A stretch of DNA of 62,247 nucleotides, filler included. It is 5 parts of 5 records of this genome, joined end to end, with 100 filler letters (N's around TTAATTAATTAA, not from the genome) between each part and the next. Parts side by side here need not be neighbours in the genome. Positions count along the whole stretch, not along the records: positions 1 to 23,364 come from DRR378314_565; 4 more parts are not named here. One strand, 5' to 3'. This document shows positions 1-9,197 of this stretch, piece after piece (position 1 is the stretch's first letter; each line of letters starts with the position of its first letter). The notes under the pieces were generated by a model. That model saw only the letters and a list, made by a program, of their open reading frames with translations. It did no database searches and was not told the origin of the DNA. A program made the position numbers and the translations under genes.

Positions 1-42
1 GACGAAAAACGACTACACAAACAGAGCGTTTCAGCACGCTCC

Positions 43-57
43 TGTAGTTGAACTACA
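43..57. promoter_or_regulatory. HexR/RccR-type operator upstream of aceA (TGTAGT-N3-ACTACA)
   Basis: Perfect palindromic arms TGTAGT tga ACTACA; extra ACTACA half-site at 12-17. Matches the RpiR-family HexR1/RccR motif known to control glyoxylate-shunt genes in pseudomonads. Confidence 0.65.
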
Positions 58-361
58 ACCCCTTCTGCCCCCAAGTGACAATTGTTGAACCTGCCGTTCT
101 CGTTGATAGTTATTGCACCGCAGCGTTATGGCGCAACATCGAAGTTAGCCAAACAGGAAACGCTGTAACCGACGTTTAAATAAGCGTCTCCACAATGATC
201 ACTCTCCGATGCGACGTTTGACTAAGAGACGTTTTGCTCAGAGACAATTGGCGTAGAGACAGCGCGTTAAATTTCGATAATGCTGAACACATCTTCGCAG
301 GTGCAGCATAAGAATAAGCTAACTTGCGAAATAGCTATCATGACCCCGGAGGAAACAGCTT

Positions 362-1960
362 ATGTCAGGACTGCTCGACGATATCAAAGCAATGGCCCAA
401 CTGCGCGAAGCTCAAGGCGGCAAATGGGAAGCGATCAAACCTGAATACGCTGCACGCATGCGTGCTCAGAACCGTTTTCATACCGGTTTGGATATTGCAC
501 GCTACACTGCAAAAATTATGCGTGACGATATGGCGGCCTACGACGCCGACACGTCTAAGTACACGCAGTCTCTGGGGTGCTGGCACGGTTTTATTGGTCA
601 ACAAAAACTGATTTCCATTAAAAAGCACTTTGGCACGACTAAGCGCAGTTACCTCTACCTGTCAGGCTGGATGGTAGCCGCCTTACGCTCCGAGTTCGGC
701 CCACTGCCCGATCAGTCGATGCATGAAAAAACATCCGTCGCTGATCTGATCGAAGAGCTGTACACCTTCCTGAAGCAGGCAGATGCTTGGGAGCTTAACC
801 ACCTGTTCCGCGCCCTGGATGAGGCCAAAGAAGCAGGCGACAGCGCTCAAGAGCAAGAACTGATCAGCAAAATCGATAACTACGAGACGCATATCGTACC
901 GATCATTGCTGATATCGATGCCGGTTTTGGTAACGCTGAAGCGACTTACCTGCTGGCCAAGAAATTCATCCAAGCGGGCGCTTGCTGTATCCAGCTTGAA
1001 AACCAAGTTTCCGATGAGAAGCAGTGTGGCCACCAGGATGGTAAAGTCACCGTTCCCCACGAAGACTTCCTGGCAAAAATCAATGCAGTGCGTTATGCCT
1101 TCCTTGAGCTCGGCATCGAAGATGGCGTTATCGTGGCGCGTACTGACTCGCTAGGCGCAGGCTTAACCCAGAAAATCGCAGTGACTAACGAACCTGGCGA
1201 TCTAGGCGACCAGTACAACAGCTTCTTAGATGGCGATGTCATCGAAAATGCTGGCGACATCAATAATGGTGACGTGGTTATCAAACAAAACGGTAAGCTG
1301 GTTAAGCCGAAGCGTTTAGCGTCAGGTCTCTACCAGTTCAAACCGGGCACCGGCGAAGACCGCGTTGTGCTTGACTGTATCACCAGCCTGCAAAACGGTG
1401 CTGACCTGCTATGGATTGAGACCGAGAAGCCACACGTCGGCCAGATTGCCAGCATGGTTAACCGCATCCGCGCCGTCGTGCCCGACGCCAAGCTGGTTTA
1501 CAACAACTCACCGTCATTTAACTGGACGCTGAACTTCCGCCAGCAAGTATTTGATGCCTGGGAAAAAGAAGGCAAAGATGTTTCCGCTTACCAGCGTGAC
1601 AAGCTAATGGGTGTTGAATACGACAACACTGAGCTTGGTCAGCTAGCGGATGAGTGGACACGTAACTTCCAACGCGATGGCGCTCGTGAAGCCGGTATTT
1701 TCCACCACCTGATCACGCTGCCAACTTACCACACAGCGGCACTATCGACTGACAACCTGGCTAAAGGCTACTTCGGTGATGAAGGCATGCTGGCCTACGT
1801 CGCAGGGGTACAGCGTCAGGAGATTCGTCAAGGCATCGCTACCGTAAGACACCAGGACATGGCTGGCTCTAATATTGGCGACGACCATAAAGAGTTTTTC
1901 CACGGCGACGCGGCACTTAAAGCCGGTGGTAAAGACAACACCATGAACCAGTTCGGCTAA
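362..1960 (+). CDS. aceA: Isocitrate lyase (long, Pseudomonas-type)
   Basis: 532 aa; YLSGW, DIDAGFG, catalytic loop EKQCGH, WIET, YNNSPSFNW; GGAGG RBS upstream. Confidence 0.97.
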   Translation: MSGLLDDIKAMAQLREAQGGKWEAIKPEYAARMRAQNRFHTGLDIARYTAKIMRDDMAAYDADTSKYTQSLGCWHGFIGQQKLISIKKHFGTTKRSYLYLSGWMVAALRSEFGPLPDQSMHEKTSVADLIEELYTFLKQADAWELNHLFRALDEAKEAGDSAQEQELISKIDNYETHIVPIIADIDAGFGNAEATYLLAKKFIQAGACCIQLENQVSDEKQCGHQDGKVTVPHEDFLAKINAVRYAFLELGIEDGVIVARTDSLGAGLTQKIAVTNEPGDLGDQYNSFLDGDVIENAGDINNGDVVIKQNGKLVKPKRLASGLYQFKPGTGEDRVVLDCITSLQNGADLLWIETEKPHVGQIASMVNRIRAVVPDAKLVYNNSPSFNWTLNFRQQVFDAWEKEGKDVSAYQRDKLMGVEYDNTELGQLADEWTRNFQRDGAREAGIFHHLITLPTYHTAALSTDNLAKGYFGDEGMLAYVAGVQRQEIRQGIATVRHQDMAGSNIGDDHKEFFHGDAALKAGGKDNTMNQFG

Positions 1961-1981
1961 TCATTTAATTAGCACGACACA

Positions 1982-2010
1982 ACAGGGGGCTTAGGCTCCC
2001 TGTTTTTTTT
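1982..2010 (+). terminator. Rho-independent terminator of aceA
   Basis: ACAGGGGGC-TTAG-GCTCCCTGT hairpin followed by a T run. Confidence 0.85.
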
Positions 2011-2236
2011 ATAAGCTAGCCTTACAACATCCCTCTCCTGATCAAGCATCGTAGTCACTTTTACACATTGCTTTCTTAATACTTGTCTACACTTTAATCC
2101 ATGATCTTTCCTGTTGATGGCTAGTCAAAACTAGTCGCTTAGGTTATCTTTGGCGAACGCTGTTCTATAACTAGCTTACGTATTACCCCCGTTGCGGCTT
2201 AGCAGCCATGCGGGTCAAGACACACTGGAGGTTTGA

Positions 2237-2704
2237 ATGAAACGTTTACTACCTATTGCAGCATTGAGCATTCTCACGCTGGCAGGTTGTGCCAACACTG
2301 CGCCTTATTCAGGTGATGTATACCGTGGCAATCAAGCGCAAACAGGCCAAAGCGTGACCTATGGCACCATCGTGGCGGTCCGTCCTGTACAAATCCAGGC
2401 AGACAGCCGTACAGGCAACCTGTTGGGCGGCGGTGGCGGTGCTGTCATCGGCGGCCTGCTGGGTAGTCAAGTTGGTGGTGGCTCTGGTCGTCAACTAGCA
2501 ACCGTTGCAGGCGCATTAGGCGGCGCAATTGCCGGTACCGCAGCAGAAGACCGCGCTAACCGCATTAATGCGTTGGAAATGGAAATTCGTCGCGACGACG
2601 GCACAGATGTGATCGTGGTTCAAAGCGCAGACCGTCAATATCAAGCAGGCCAGCGTGTTCGCCTGATCGGTAGCGGCGCTAACTTAAGCGTAGCTCCTTA
2701 CTAA
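2237..2704 (+). CDS. slyB: Outer-membrane glycine-zipper 2TM lipoprotein (SlyB/Pcp family)
   Basis: Lipobox LAGC; Gly zipper GAVIGGLLGSQVGGGSG; GQRVRL C-terminus. Confidence 0.85.
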   Translation: MKRLLPIAALSILTLAGCANTAPYSGDVYRGNQAQTGQSVTYGTIVAVRPVQIQADSRTGNLLGGGGGAVIGGLLGSQVGGGSGRQLATVAGALGGAIAGTAAEDRANRINALEMEIRRDDGTDVIVVQSADRQYQAGQRVRLIGSGANLSVAPY

Positions 2705-2756
2705 GCTCGTATTACCAAACGCTTCCTAGCCAGTAACACAGGTAGCGCCGTAATAG

Positions 2757-2794
2757 AAAAATGCCCGATCAAGCCTACTTGGTCGGGCATTTTT
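2757..2794. terminator. Bidirectional terminator between convergent genes
   Basis: AAAAATGCCCGATCAAG...CTTGGTCGGGCATTTTT inverted repeat with A/T tails on both sides. Confidence 0.85.
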
Positions 2795-2826
2795 GTCGCC
2801 TTCGTTAATGGCTAACAAGGCATAAG

Positions 2827-3108
2827 TTAGTGAGCTACTTTATTGCTCGCCCAGCTTGCCAGCTTTGCGATTACCAAACCAATAATGGTCAACAGGATAA
2901 CGACCAGAAGAATATCGACTGGACGAATCAACGTTGTAGCACCCAACACGGCTAATGCTGCCACCCATAAATAGCGGTTGTCGCCATGTGTTTTTAATAC
3001 CTCAGGCAGCATTTTATCCAGCCCCTGACTGACACTGCTATCCCAGCGTTTGTTCGCAAAGTAGGCAATTAGCACAAAGGCGATAACCCAAATCAAGAAG
3101 ATCGTCAT
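2827..3108 (-). CDS. Small hypothetical membrane protein
   Basis: 93 aa with three hydrophobic segments; GGAG RBS upstream; converges on the shared terminator. Confidence 0.7.
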   Translation of the reverse strand: MTIFLIWVIAFVLIAYFANKRWDSSVSQGLDKMLPEVLKTHGDNRYLWVAALAVLGATTLIRPVDILLVVILLTIIGLVIAKLASWASNKVAH

Positions 3109-3287
3109 AACCAGCTCCAGTGAATGTTGTCTAAAGGGGGAAAAGAAGTTGTCGTAGGGTATCCCCGGTTACCCCGTGGCGCAATAGCGCCAAAGGAGTG
3201 GGAGGAGGAAAAAGCCTGTTTACCCCCTGACAAGCAAGCTCTCACGCGTTACCATGTTGGGACATGCACTCACCGAAAGGTTATTAA

Positions 3288-3770
3288 ATGCAAATTGCGC
3301 AAAACTCGGTTGTCGCGTTCCACTACACCCTGACCAATGATGCAGGTGAAGTGCTAGACAGTTCCGAAGGCCGTGAGCCGCTGACGTATCTACACGGCGC
3401 TGGCAACATTATTCCGGGTCTGGAAAAAGAGCTCGAAGGCCGTGCCGAAGGCGATAAGCTGAACGTAAAAGTAACCCCAGAAGAGGGCTACGGTGAAGTT
3501 CAAGAACAGCTGATGCAAGAAGTACCTCGCGATGCGTTCCAAGGCGTTGAAAGCATTGAGCCGGGCATGCAGTTCCAAGCCCAGACTCAAGGCGGCCCGC
3601 TGATGGTTACCGTCAAGAAAGTTGAAGGCGACACAGTTGTAGTTGATGGCAACCACCCGCTGGCTGGCCAACATCTTAACTTCGATGTTGAGATTGCAAC
3701 CGTTCGTGAAGCAAGCCAGGAAGAAGTCGAGCACGGTCATGTGCACGGCGAAGGCGGCGTAGAGCACTAA
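3288..3770 (+). CDS. slyD: FKBP-type peptidyl-prolyl isomerase / metallochaperone SlyD
   Basis: VVAFHYTL, PLTYLHG, GNHPLAG, His-containing tail HGHVHGEGGVEH. Confidence 0.95.
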   Translation: MQIAQNSVVAFHYTLTNDAGEVLDSSEGREPLTYLHGAGNIIPGLEKELEGRAEGDKLNVKVTPEEGYGEVQEQLMQEVPRDAFQGVESIEPGMQFQAQTQGGPLMVTVKKVEGDTVVVDGNHPLAGQHLNFDVEIATVREASQEEVEHGHVHGEGGVEH

Positions 3771-3790
3771 GTTGCTTAACGCGTGCTTAT

Positions 3791-3815
3791 AGGGCGGCCT
3801 AGGGCCGCCCTTTTT
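3791..3815 (+). terminator. Terminator after slyD
   Basis: AGGGCGGCC-TAG-GGCCGCCCT hairpin plus T run. Confidence 0.8.
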
Positions 3816-3833
3816 AATGGGCGCTCCCCCGCT

Positions 3834-4235
3834 TTACTCCTCAGGGATAATCACCAACTGTCCATAGCGCACGCTACGTGACGATGTCACTTCATCAGAA
3901 AACTGCTTCAACGCGCTACCCTGCCCCTTTAATAACGCCACTTCCAGACAGCTATCATGATTAATATGCACATGAAGCGTCGATAGCGTTAGATCATGAT
4001 GATCATGAGAGTGTCGGGTTAAGCGTTTCGATAAGTCTCGCGCCGCATGATCGTACACATAGACAAGCGCGCCCATACACGGCGCTTCGGGCGCAACCTC
4101 CTCTTTGGCCTGCTTTAACCCACTGCGTGTTAAATCGCGTATCGCTTCTGAGCGGTTTTGGTAGCCGCGCGCATGCATCAATGCATCGACCTCGCTCAGC
4201 AGTTCCTCATCCAGCGTTACCGTTACCCGTTGCAT
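3834..4235 (-). CDS. nikR: Nickel-responsive regulator NikR
   Basis: MQRVTVTLD ribbon-helix-helix, YQNRSEAIRDL, Ni site H..HVH..C (STLHVHINHDSCLE). Start reset to ATG 4235, which has an AGGAG RBS; the ORF-track start at 4409 overlaps the divergent gene. Confidence 0.95.
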   Translation of the reverse strand: MQRVTVTLDEELLSEVDALMHARGYQNRSEAIRDLTRSGLKQAKEEVAPEAPCMGALVYVYDHAARDLSKRLTRHSHDHHDLTLSTLHVHINHDSCLEVALLKGQGSALKQFSDEVTSSRSVRYGQLVIIPEE

Positions 4236-4292
4236 ATTCTCTCCTAAACTAACGCCGCAAGCGCGGTGCTGCCGTGACTTCCAGCCCTTATA

Positions 4293-4320
4293 GTATGATG
4301 TTATTGTAAAAACATCATAC
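4293..4320. promoter_or_regulatory. NikR operator
   Basis: GTATGA-N16-TCATAC, identical in arms and spacing to the E. coli nikABCDE operator; arms extend to GTATGATGTT...AACATCATAC. Confidence 0.9.
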
Positions 4321-4341
4321 GGTTGGTTTCTGGGGTGCCTC

Positions 4342-5922
4342 ATGCGTCGTACTATCTTACTGGGTCTGGCGGCTACGTGCGTCGCGTTTAGCTCCCCTGC
4401 CATCAGCAAAGAGCAATTGGTGTTGGCAATCGGCGGAGAGCCCGAGCAGGGATTCGACCCACTGCTTGGATGGGGCCAGTACGGTAGTCCGCTTTTTCAA
4501 TCGACGTTGCTAACCCGCGGACGTGACCTTACACCAGAAGCCGGCTTAGCAACGGCATGGACACTGTCAGAAGATCGACTCACCTGGATACTCACTCTGC
4601 GCGATGACGCTCGCTTTAGTGACGGCACACCGTTGACTGCCAAGGATGTTGCCTACACCTTTAATGCCGCAAAACAAGCCGGTGGCCGGGCCGATTTAAG
4701 CGCACTGAACAACGCCAGTGCCATCGATAATACAACCGTGGAACTGTCTTTAAACGCGCCGCGGATTACCTTTATCGATCAGTTAATGACGCTTGGTATC
4801 GTTCCTGACGCTAACAGAGAAAATGGTTATCGCGAAGGGTACGGTAGACAACCGCTGGGCTCAGGCCCTTATCGGCTAGTCGAATGGCAAGAGGGTGAGC
4901 AACTAATTGTTGAGCGGAATCCCTATTTCCATGGCCCCATACCGGCCTTTGAACGACTGGTGTTTGTATTTACTGGCGAAGAGGCTACGTTAAGCGCGGC
5001 CCATGCTGGGCAGCTCGACCTTGCCGCGGTGCCACCAGCACTCGCCACCAATCTGCCAAGCGATATGCAGCGCATCGTCATGGAAAGCGTCGATAATCGA
5101 GGTATTTTGTTTCCTATGCAGCCTGCCACGGGCGAGCAGGCCGCGTCTGGTGCGCCTATCGGTAACGATGTTACTGCCGATAGTGCGATACGCCGGGCGG
5201 TTAATCTTGCCCTTGATCGAAACACTCTCGTTGACGTCGCCCTTAATGGTTTTGGACGCCCCGCCTTTGGCCCAGCCGATGGGCTACCCTGGAGCCTGGA
5301 TGACGAAGCCTTTGCAGCGCCCGACAGCGACCGTGCCAATGCGCTACTCGATGCAGCAGGCTGGGAGCGCCATGCCAACGGGCTACGCTATAAAAACGGC
5401 CAGCCCGCTCGTTTTCGCTTGACCTACCCTGCCAGCGACACCACTCGCCAACTGCTCGCTCAGGTAAGCGCCGAGATGGTACGCCCGCTGGGCATTGAGA
5501 TGCAGCCGACAGGCCGTCACTGGGACGAAATACAGCGTGAAGCACTGCACCAAGACGCCATCGTCTTCGGCTTTGGCAGCCACAGCCCCCAAGAGGTGTA
5601 CTACCTGTTTCATAGCCAGCACGCGGGGTTTGGCTTCTATAACAGTGGCTATTACTCAAACGCGACGGTGGATAGCCACCTAGAAGCCGCTCAAGCGGCC
5701 GCAGGGGCAGAAGAAGCTAACCGCCACTGGCAAGCCGCCCAGTGGGATGGCAATACGGGCTATGGCTTTAGGGGCGATACTAGCTGGGCATGGATGGTTA
5801 ACCTAGCCCATGTATATGCAGCCAATACCTGCCTGGACCTTGGGGAATTAGGCATTGCTCCTCACGGCCACGGCTGGCCAATTACCGCCAACCTGCTTGA
5901 ATGGCGCTGGACGTGCGATTGA
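4342..5922 (+). CDS. ABC transporter substrate-binding protein, family 5 (NikA/DppA/OppA-like), probably nickel or nickel-chelate
   Basis: Signal peptide; LRDDARFSDGTPLTAKDV; GSGPY; directly downstream of the NikR operator. Confidence 0.88.
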   Translation: MRRTILLGLAATCVAFSSPAISKEQLVLAIGGEPEQGFDPLLGWGQYGSPLFQSTLLTRGRDLTPEAGLATAWTLSEDRLTWILTLRDDARFSDGTPLTAKDVAYTFNAAKQAGGRADLSALNNASAIDNTTVELSLNAPRITFIDQLMTLGIVPDANRENGYREGYGRQPLGSGPYRLVEWQEGEQLIVERNPYFHGPIPAFERLVFVFTGEEATLSAAHAGQLDLAAVPPALATNLPSDMQRIVMESVDNRGILFPMQPATGEQAASGAPIGNDVTADSAIRRAVNLALDRNTLVDVALNGFGRPAFGPADGLPWSLDDEAFAAPDSDRANALLDAAGWERHANGLRYKNGQPARFRLTYPASDTTRQLLAQVSAEMVRPLGIEMQPTGRHWDEIQREALHQDAIVFGFGSHSPQEVYYLFHSQHAGFGFYNSGYYSNATVDSHLEAAQAAAGAEEANRHWQAAQWDGNTGYGFRGDTSWAWMVNLAHVYAANTCLDLGELGIAPHGHGWPITANLLEWRWTCD

Positions 5923-6893
5923 TCAACAGACTGGCAAGCCGTTTAATACGCCTTGCGTTGGTATTGCTGTGCGTCGCTATAGTGACGTTTGGGTTAGTCA
6001 TGCTCTCGCCTATTGACCCAGTGGATGCCTATCTTGGCCCCCAAATGGCACAGGTAAGCCCCGAACAGCGCGCTCTGATCGCTGAAAGGTGGGGCTTTGA
6101 TGCCTCGCCTGCCGTTCAATTTGGTCATTGGCTAAGCCAATTGCTAAGTGGCGAGTTAGGCTGGAGCCATATCTACAATCAACCGGTTAGCGAAGTTATC
6201 AATCAGCGTTTCCAACGCTCTTTTATCTTGCTGGGTAGCGCTTGGCTAATGTCGTTGCTTGTTGGCTTTGCGCTGGGCGTCATCGCCGGTGCGAAAGAAG
6301 GCTCACCACTCGACCGGCTGATTAGTGGCTACGCCTATGTCACCGCCTCAACGCCTGCTTTTTGGCTTGGTATGCTGGCTGTACTACTGTTCTCCGTTTA
6401 TCTCGGCTGGACCCCGACCTGCTGCGCCGGGCCGGTGGGCGTACTCAACCAAGACGTTAGCATGCTGACTCGATTGCACCACTTAGTACTCCCAATGATG
6501 ACACTGGCCCTGCTAGGCATCGCCACCATCACCCTTCACACCCGCGCACGCATGATAGCGCTGATGAACTCCGACATCGCCCTTCACGCTTTTGCCCAAG
6601 GAGCCAGCCGATCAGATATCGCCTGGCGTCATGGCCTACGTCATGCCAGTCTCCCGGCACTAACGCTCGCTTTTGCTTCGCTGGGAGAGTTGTTTGGCGG
6701 CTCAATACTAATTGAGCAAGTATTTGCCTACCCCGGCCTTGGGCAAGCCACTGTTGAAGCAGGACTACGTAGTGACGTCCCCTTACTGCTTGGGATAGCG
6801 CTGTTTACCGCGCTGTTTGTCAGTGTCGGCAATCTGATCGCAGATAGCCTGTACCCACTTATCGACCCACGCATGGCACAGGAACAGCCATGA
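5901..6893 (+). CDS. ABC permease (NikB/DppB-like)
   Basis: Multiple TM segments; IEQVFAYPGLG; LIDPR C-terminus. True start may be slightly downstream. Confidence 0.88.
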   Translation: MALDVRLINRLASRLIRLALVLLCVAIVTFGLVMLSPIDPVDAYLGPQMAQVSPEQRALIAERWGFDASPAVQFGHWLSQLLSGELGWSHIYNQPVSEVINQRFQRSFILLGSAWLMSLLVGFALGVIAGAKEGSPLDRLISGYAYVTASTPAFWLGMLAVLLFSVYLGWTPTCCAGPVGVLNQDVSMLTRLHHLVLPMMTLALLGIATITLHTRARMIALMNSDIALHAFAQGASRSDIAWRHGLRHASLPALTLAFASLGELFGGSILIEQVFAYPGLGQATVEAGLRSDVPLLLGIALFTALFVSVGNLIADSLYPLIDPRMAQEQP

Positions 6894-7690
6894 GGATGAT
6901 CCAACCACGCTTGGCCGCCGCTGGCTATATTGGCCTTCTACTCATAGTGTTGGTTTTGCTGATAAGTAGCCCATGGTGGGCAGGCCCTAGCGCGACACAA
7001 ATGCAGTTTGATGCGCGCCTTATGCCACCGAGCACCAGCCATTGGCTGGGCACCGACGCTTTGGGACGCGAGCTATGGTCGCGAACACTGGCTGGGTTAA
7101 GGCTCAGCTTTTGGGTAGGACTAAGCGCTGCGCTACTCGGCACACTCATTGCGTTAACGCTAGCGACGCTGGCGACACTTTCAACCACGTTAGATGCTCT
7201 CGTTAGTCTGCTGATTGACACGCTGCTAAGCGTACCGCATCTGATATTGCTACTACTGTTAGCCTTTGCTTTAGGTGGTGGCACACAGGCAGTGATTATT
7301 GCCGTGGCGCTTACCCACTGGCCAAGTTTAGCCAGGATACTGCGGGCGGAGCTCTTTTCCCTACGCCATGCCCCCTATGTCGCTATTTCCCAGGCACTAG
7401 GAAAAAGCCGCTGTTTTATTTTAGTACACCACTTACTCCCCCATTTAATTCCCCAGTGTATTGTTGGTGCGCTATTGCTGTTTCCTCACGCCATTCTGCA
7501 TGAAGCCGCACTGACTTTTCTGGGCGTAGGGTTAGACCCAACCCAACCCGCTATCGGGGTATTACTCGCCGATGCTATGCGCTACTTAACCGGGGGCTTT
7601 TGGTGGTTAGGGGTATTCCCAGGCCTAGGGCTACTGCTGATGGTGCTATCGATTGATCGTTTAGCGGTGCAATTGCGTCGCGCTCTATAA
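6890..7690 (+). CDS. ABC permease (NikC/DppC-like)
   Basis: HWLGTDALGR, EAALTFLG; ATGA overlap with the upstream gene. Confidence 0.88.
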   Translation: MRMIQPRLAAAGYIGLLLIVLVLLISSPWWAGPSATQMQFDARLMPPSTSHWLGTDALGRELWSRTLAGLRLSFWVGLSAALLGTLIALTLATLATLSTTLDALVSLLIDTLLSVPHLILLLLLAFALGGGTQAVIIAVALTHWPSLARILRAELFSLRHAPYVAISQALGKSRCFILVHHLLPHLIPQCIVGALLLFPHAILHEAALTFLGVGLDPTQPAIGVLLADAMRYLTGGFWWLGVFPGLGLLLMVLSIDRLAVQLRRAL

Positions 7691-7705
7691 CGGGGGGAAG
7701 CTAGC

Positions 7706-8560
7706 ATGCTGGATATTGAGAACCTGACGCTGCAATTGCCCTACTACAAGCACTGGTGGCGACGAGAGTGGACCACCTGCGTTGATAACCTGTCGTTAAG
7801 CATACAACCCGGTGAAGTACATGCCGTCATTGGTGCATCCGGCGCTGGAAAAAGCCTGCTAGCTTACACAATTATGGGATTGCTACCCGAAGGGGCAAAA
7901 ACCAGTGGCCAGCTATTTTTTAAAGACACGCCATTGACCGCTGAGCGCCAGCGCCAGCTAAGAGGCCGCCAGCTGGCTCTTATTCCGCAATCACTCAATG
8001 CCCTAGACCCTCTCGCGAGCAGTCAACGTCAAGTCAGTTGGGCGGCTCGCCGCTCAGGGCAAAGCAAAACCGTCGCTTGGCACAGCGCAGAGCGCGCACT
8101 CAATCATTATCAGCTCAACCATCGCGCTCAGCGGGCATACCCCCACCAGCTTTCAGGCGGCATGGCGCGGCGTGTTTTAGCCGCCATGGCCCAAATAGGT
8201 AACGCTAACCTGATTATTGCCGACGAACCAAGCGTAGGTTTGGACCCTCAACAGCGCGATCGTGTATTGGCCGCTCTGAAGGCGCTCGCGCTTGAGGGGA
8301 AGGCCGTCATGCTAATTACCCACGATTTGCGCCATGCGTTACCCATAGCCGACCATGTAACGATATTGCGCCAGGGAAAGTGCATTGAAGCCACCCCTGC
8401 CATTGCCTTTCAAGGCAATGGGGAACAGCTTAAAAGCACCTATGCCTGCGCACTATGGAATGCTCTGCCCGACAACACCTTTAGTACTCAGGTGCGTGCT
8501 AACGAAAGCGCCACCCATGCTGATGCCATCGACCCGCCTAAGGAGCCAACCATTGCTTGA
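7706..8560 (+). CDS. ABC ATPase (NikD/DppD-like)
   Basis: Walker A GASGAGKS, YPHQLSGG, IIADEP, H-loop ITHD. Confidence 0.9.
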   Translation: MLDIENLTLQLPYYKHWWRREWTTCVDNLSLSIQPGEVHAVIGASGAGKSLLAYTIMGLLPEGAKTSGQLFFKDTPLTAERQRQLRGRQLALIPQSLNALDPLASSQRQVSWAARRSGQSKTVAWHSAERALNHYQLNHRAQRAYPHQLSGGMARRVLAAMAQIGNANLIIADEPSVGLDPQQRDRVLAALKALALEGKAVMLITHDLRHALPIADHVTILRQGKCIEATPAIAFQGNGEQLKSTYACALWNALPDNTFSTQVRANESATHADAIDPPKEPTIA

Positions 8561-9197
8561 TGCGCGAAAAATCACCTTTGGCTTCCGTTCTCAAGCACCT
8601 GTATTAACGCAACTTTCGCTATCACTTGAACGGGGAGAATGGCTGGGGCTAAGCGGTGACTCAGGGGCAGGCAAATCTACGCTGGGAAAACTCTTGGCTG
8701 GCTTACTGCGGCCACAACAGGGTGAGATTTATGCCGACGATAAGCCATTACTCTCTCGTGGACTGCGGCCGGTACAGTGGCTGCCGCAATCACCGGAGCT
8801 TGCCGTCAACCCACGTTGGCGAGTAAAGAAAGTACTCTGCGAGGCATGGTGCCCTTCCGAATCATTAATACAGGACTTTGGCATCCAACCTGATTGGCTA
8901 TCGCGTTTTCCAAGTACCTTATCTGGCGGAGAATTACAGCGGGTATGCGTATTGCGGGCGTTAGCCCCAGGTGTGCGCTATCTGATCGCTGATGAAATCT
9001 CAACCATGCTCGATCCCATCACCCAAGTGGAGCTATGGCAGGCAATAAGAAAAGTTGCCGACCGCCACCAACTTGGCGTGTTAGTGATCAGCCATGACGC
9101 AGCACTGCTAGCGCGATTGTGTACTCGACGCCTCCATTTAGCCCAAGGTACGCTTAGCGCAGTTCACGACGCTCGAAGCGCCATAAACCAATGCTAA
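8553..9197 (+). CDS. ABC ATPase (NikE/DppF-like)
   Basis: GDSGAGKS, LSGGELQR, LIADE, ISHD. Start reset to TTG 8553 behind AAGGAG. Confidence 0.88.
   Translation: MLDARKITFGFRSQAPVLTQLSLSLERGEWLGLSGDSGAGKSTLGKLLAGLLRPQQGEIYADDKPLLSRGLRPVQWLPQSPELAVNPRWRVKKVLCEAWCPSESLIQDFGIQPDWLSRFPSTLSGGELQRVCVLRALAPGVRYLIADEISTMLDPITQVELWQAIRKVADRHQLGVLVISHDAALLARLCTRRLHLAQGTLSAVHDARSAINQC

Noticed and set aside
225-260. aceA leader repeats as a mini-CRISPR or iteron array
   Set aside because: 6-nt repeats with 9-nt gaps are far too short, and there is no cas or rep gene. Kept only as a regulatory candidate.
4236-4409. 58-aa N-terminal extension of NikR in the ORF track
   Set aside because: It runs through the operator and the divergent gene; ATG 4235 has an RBS and matches the NikR N-terminus.
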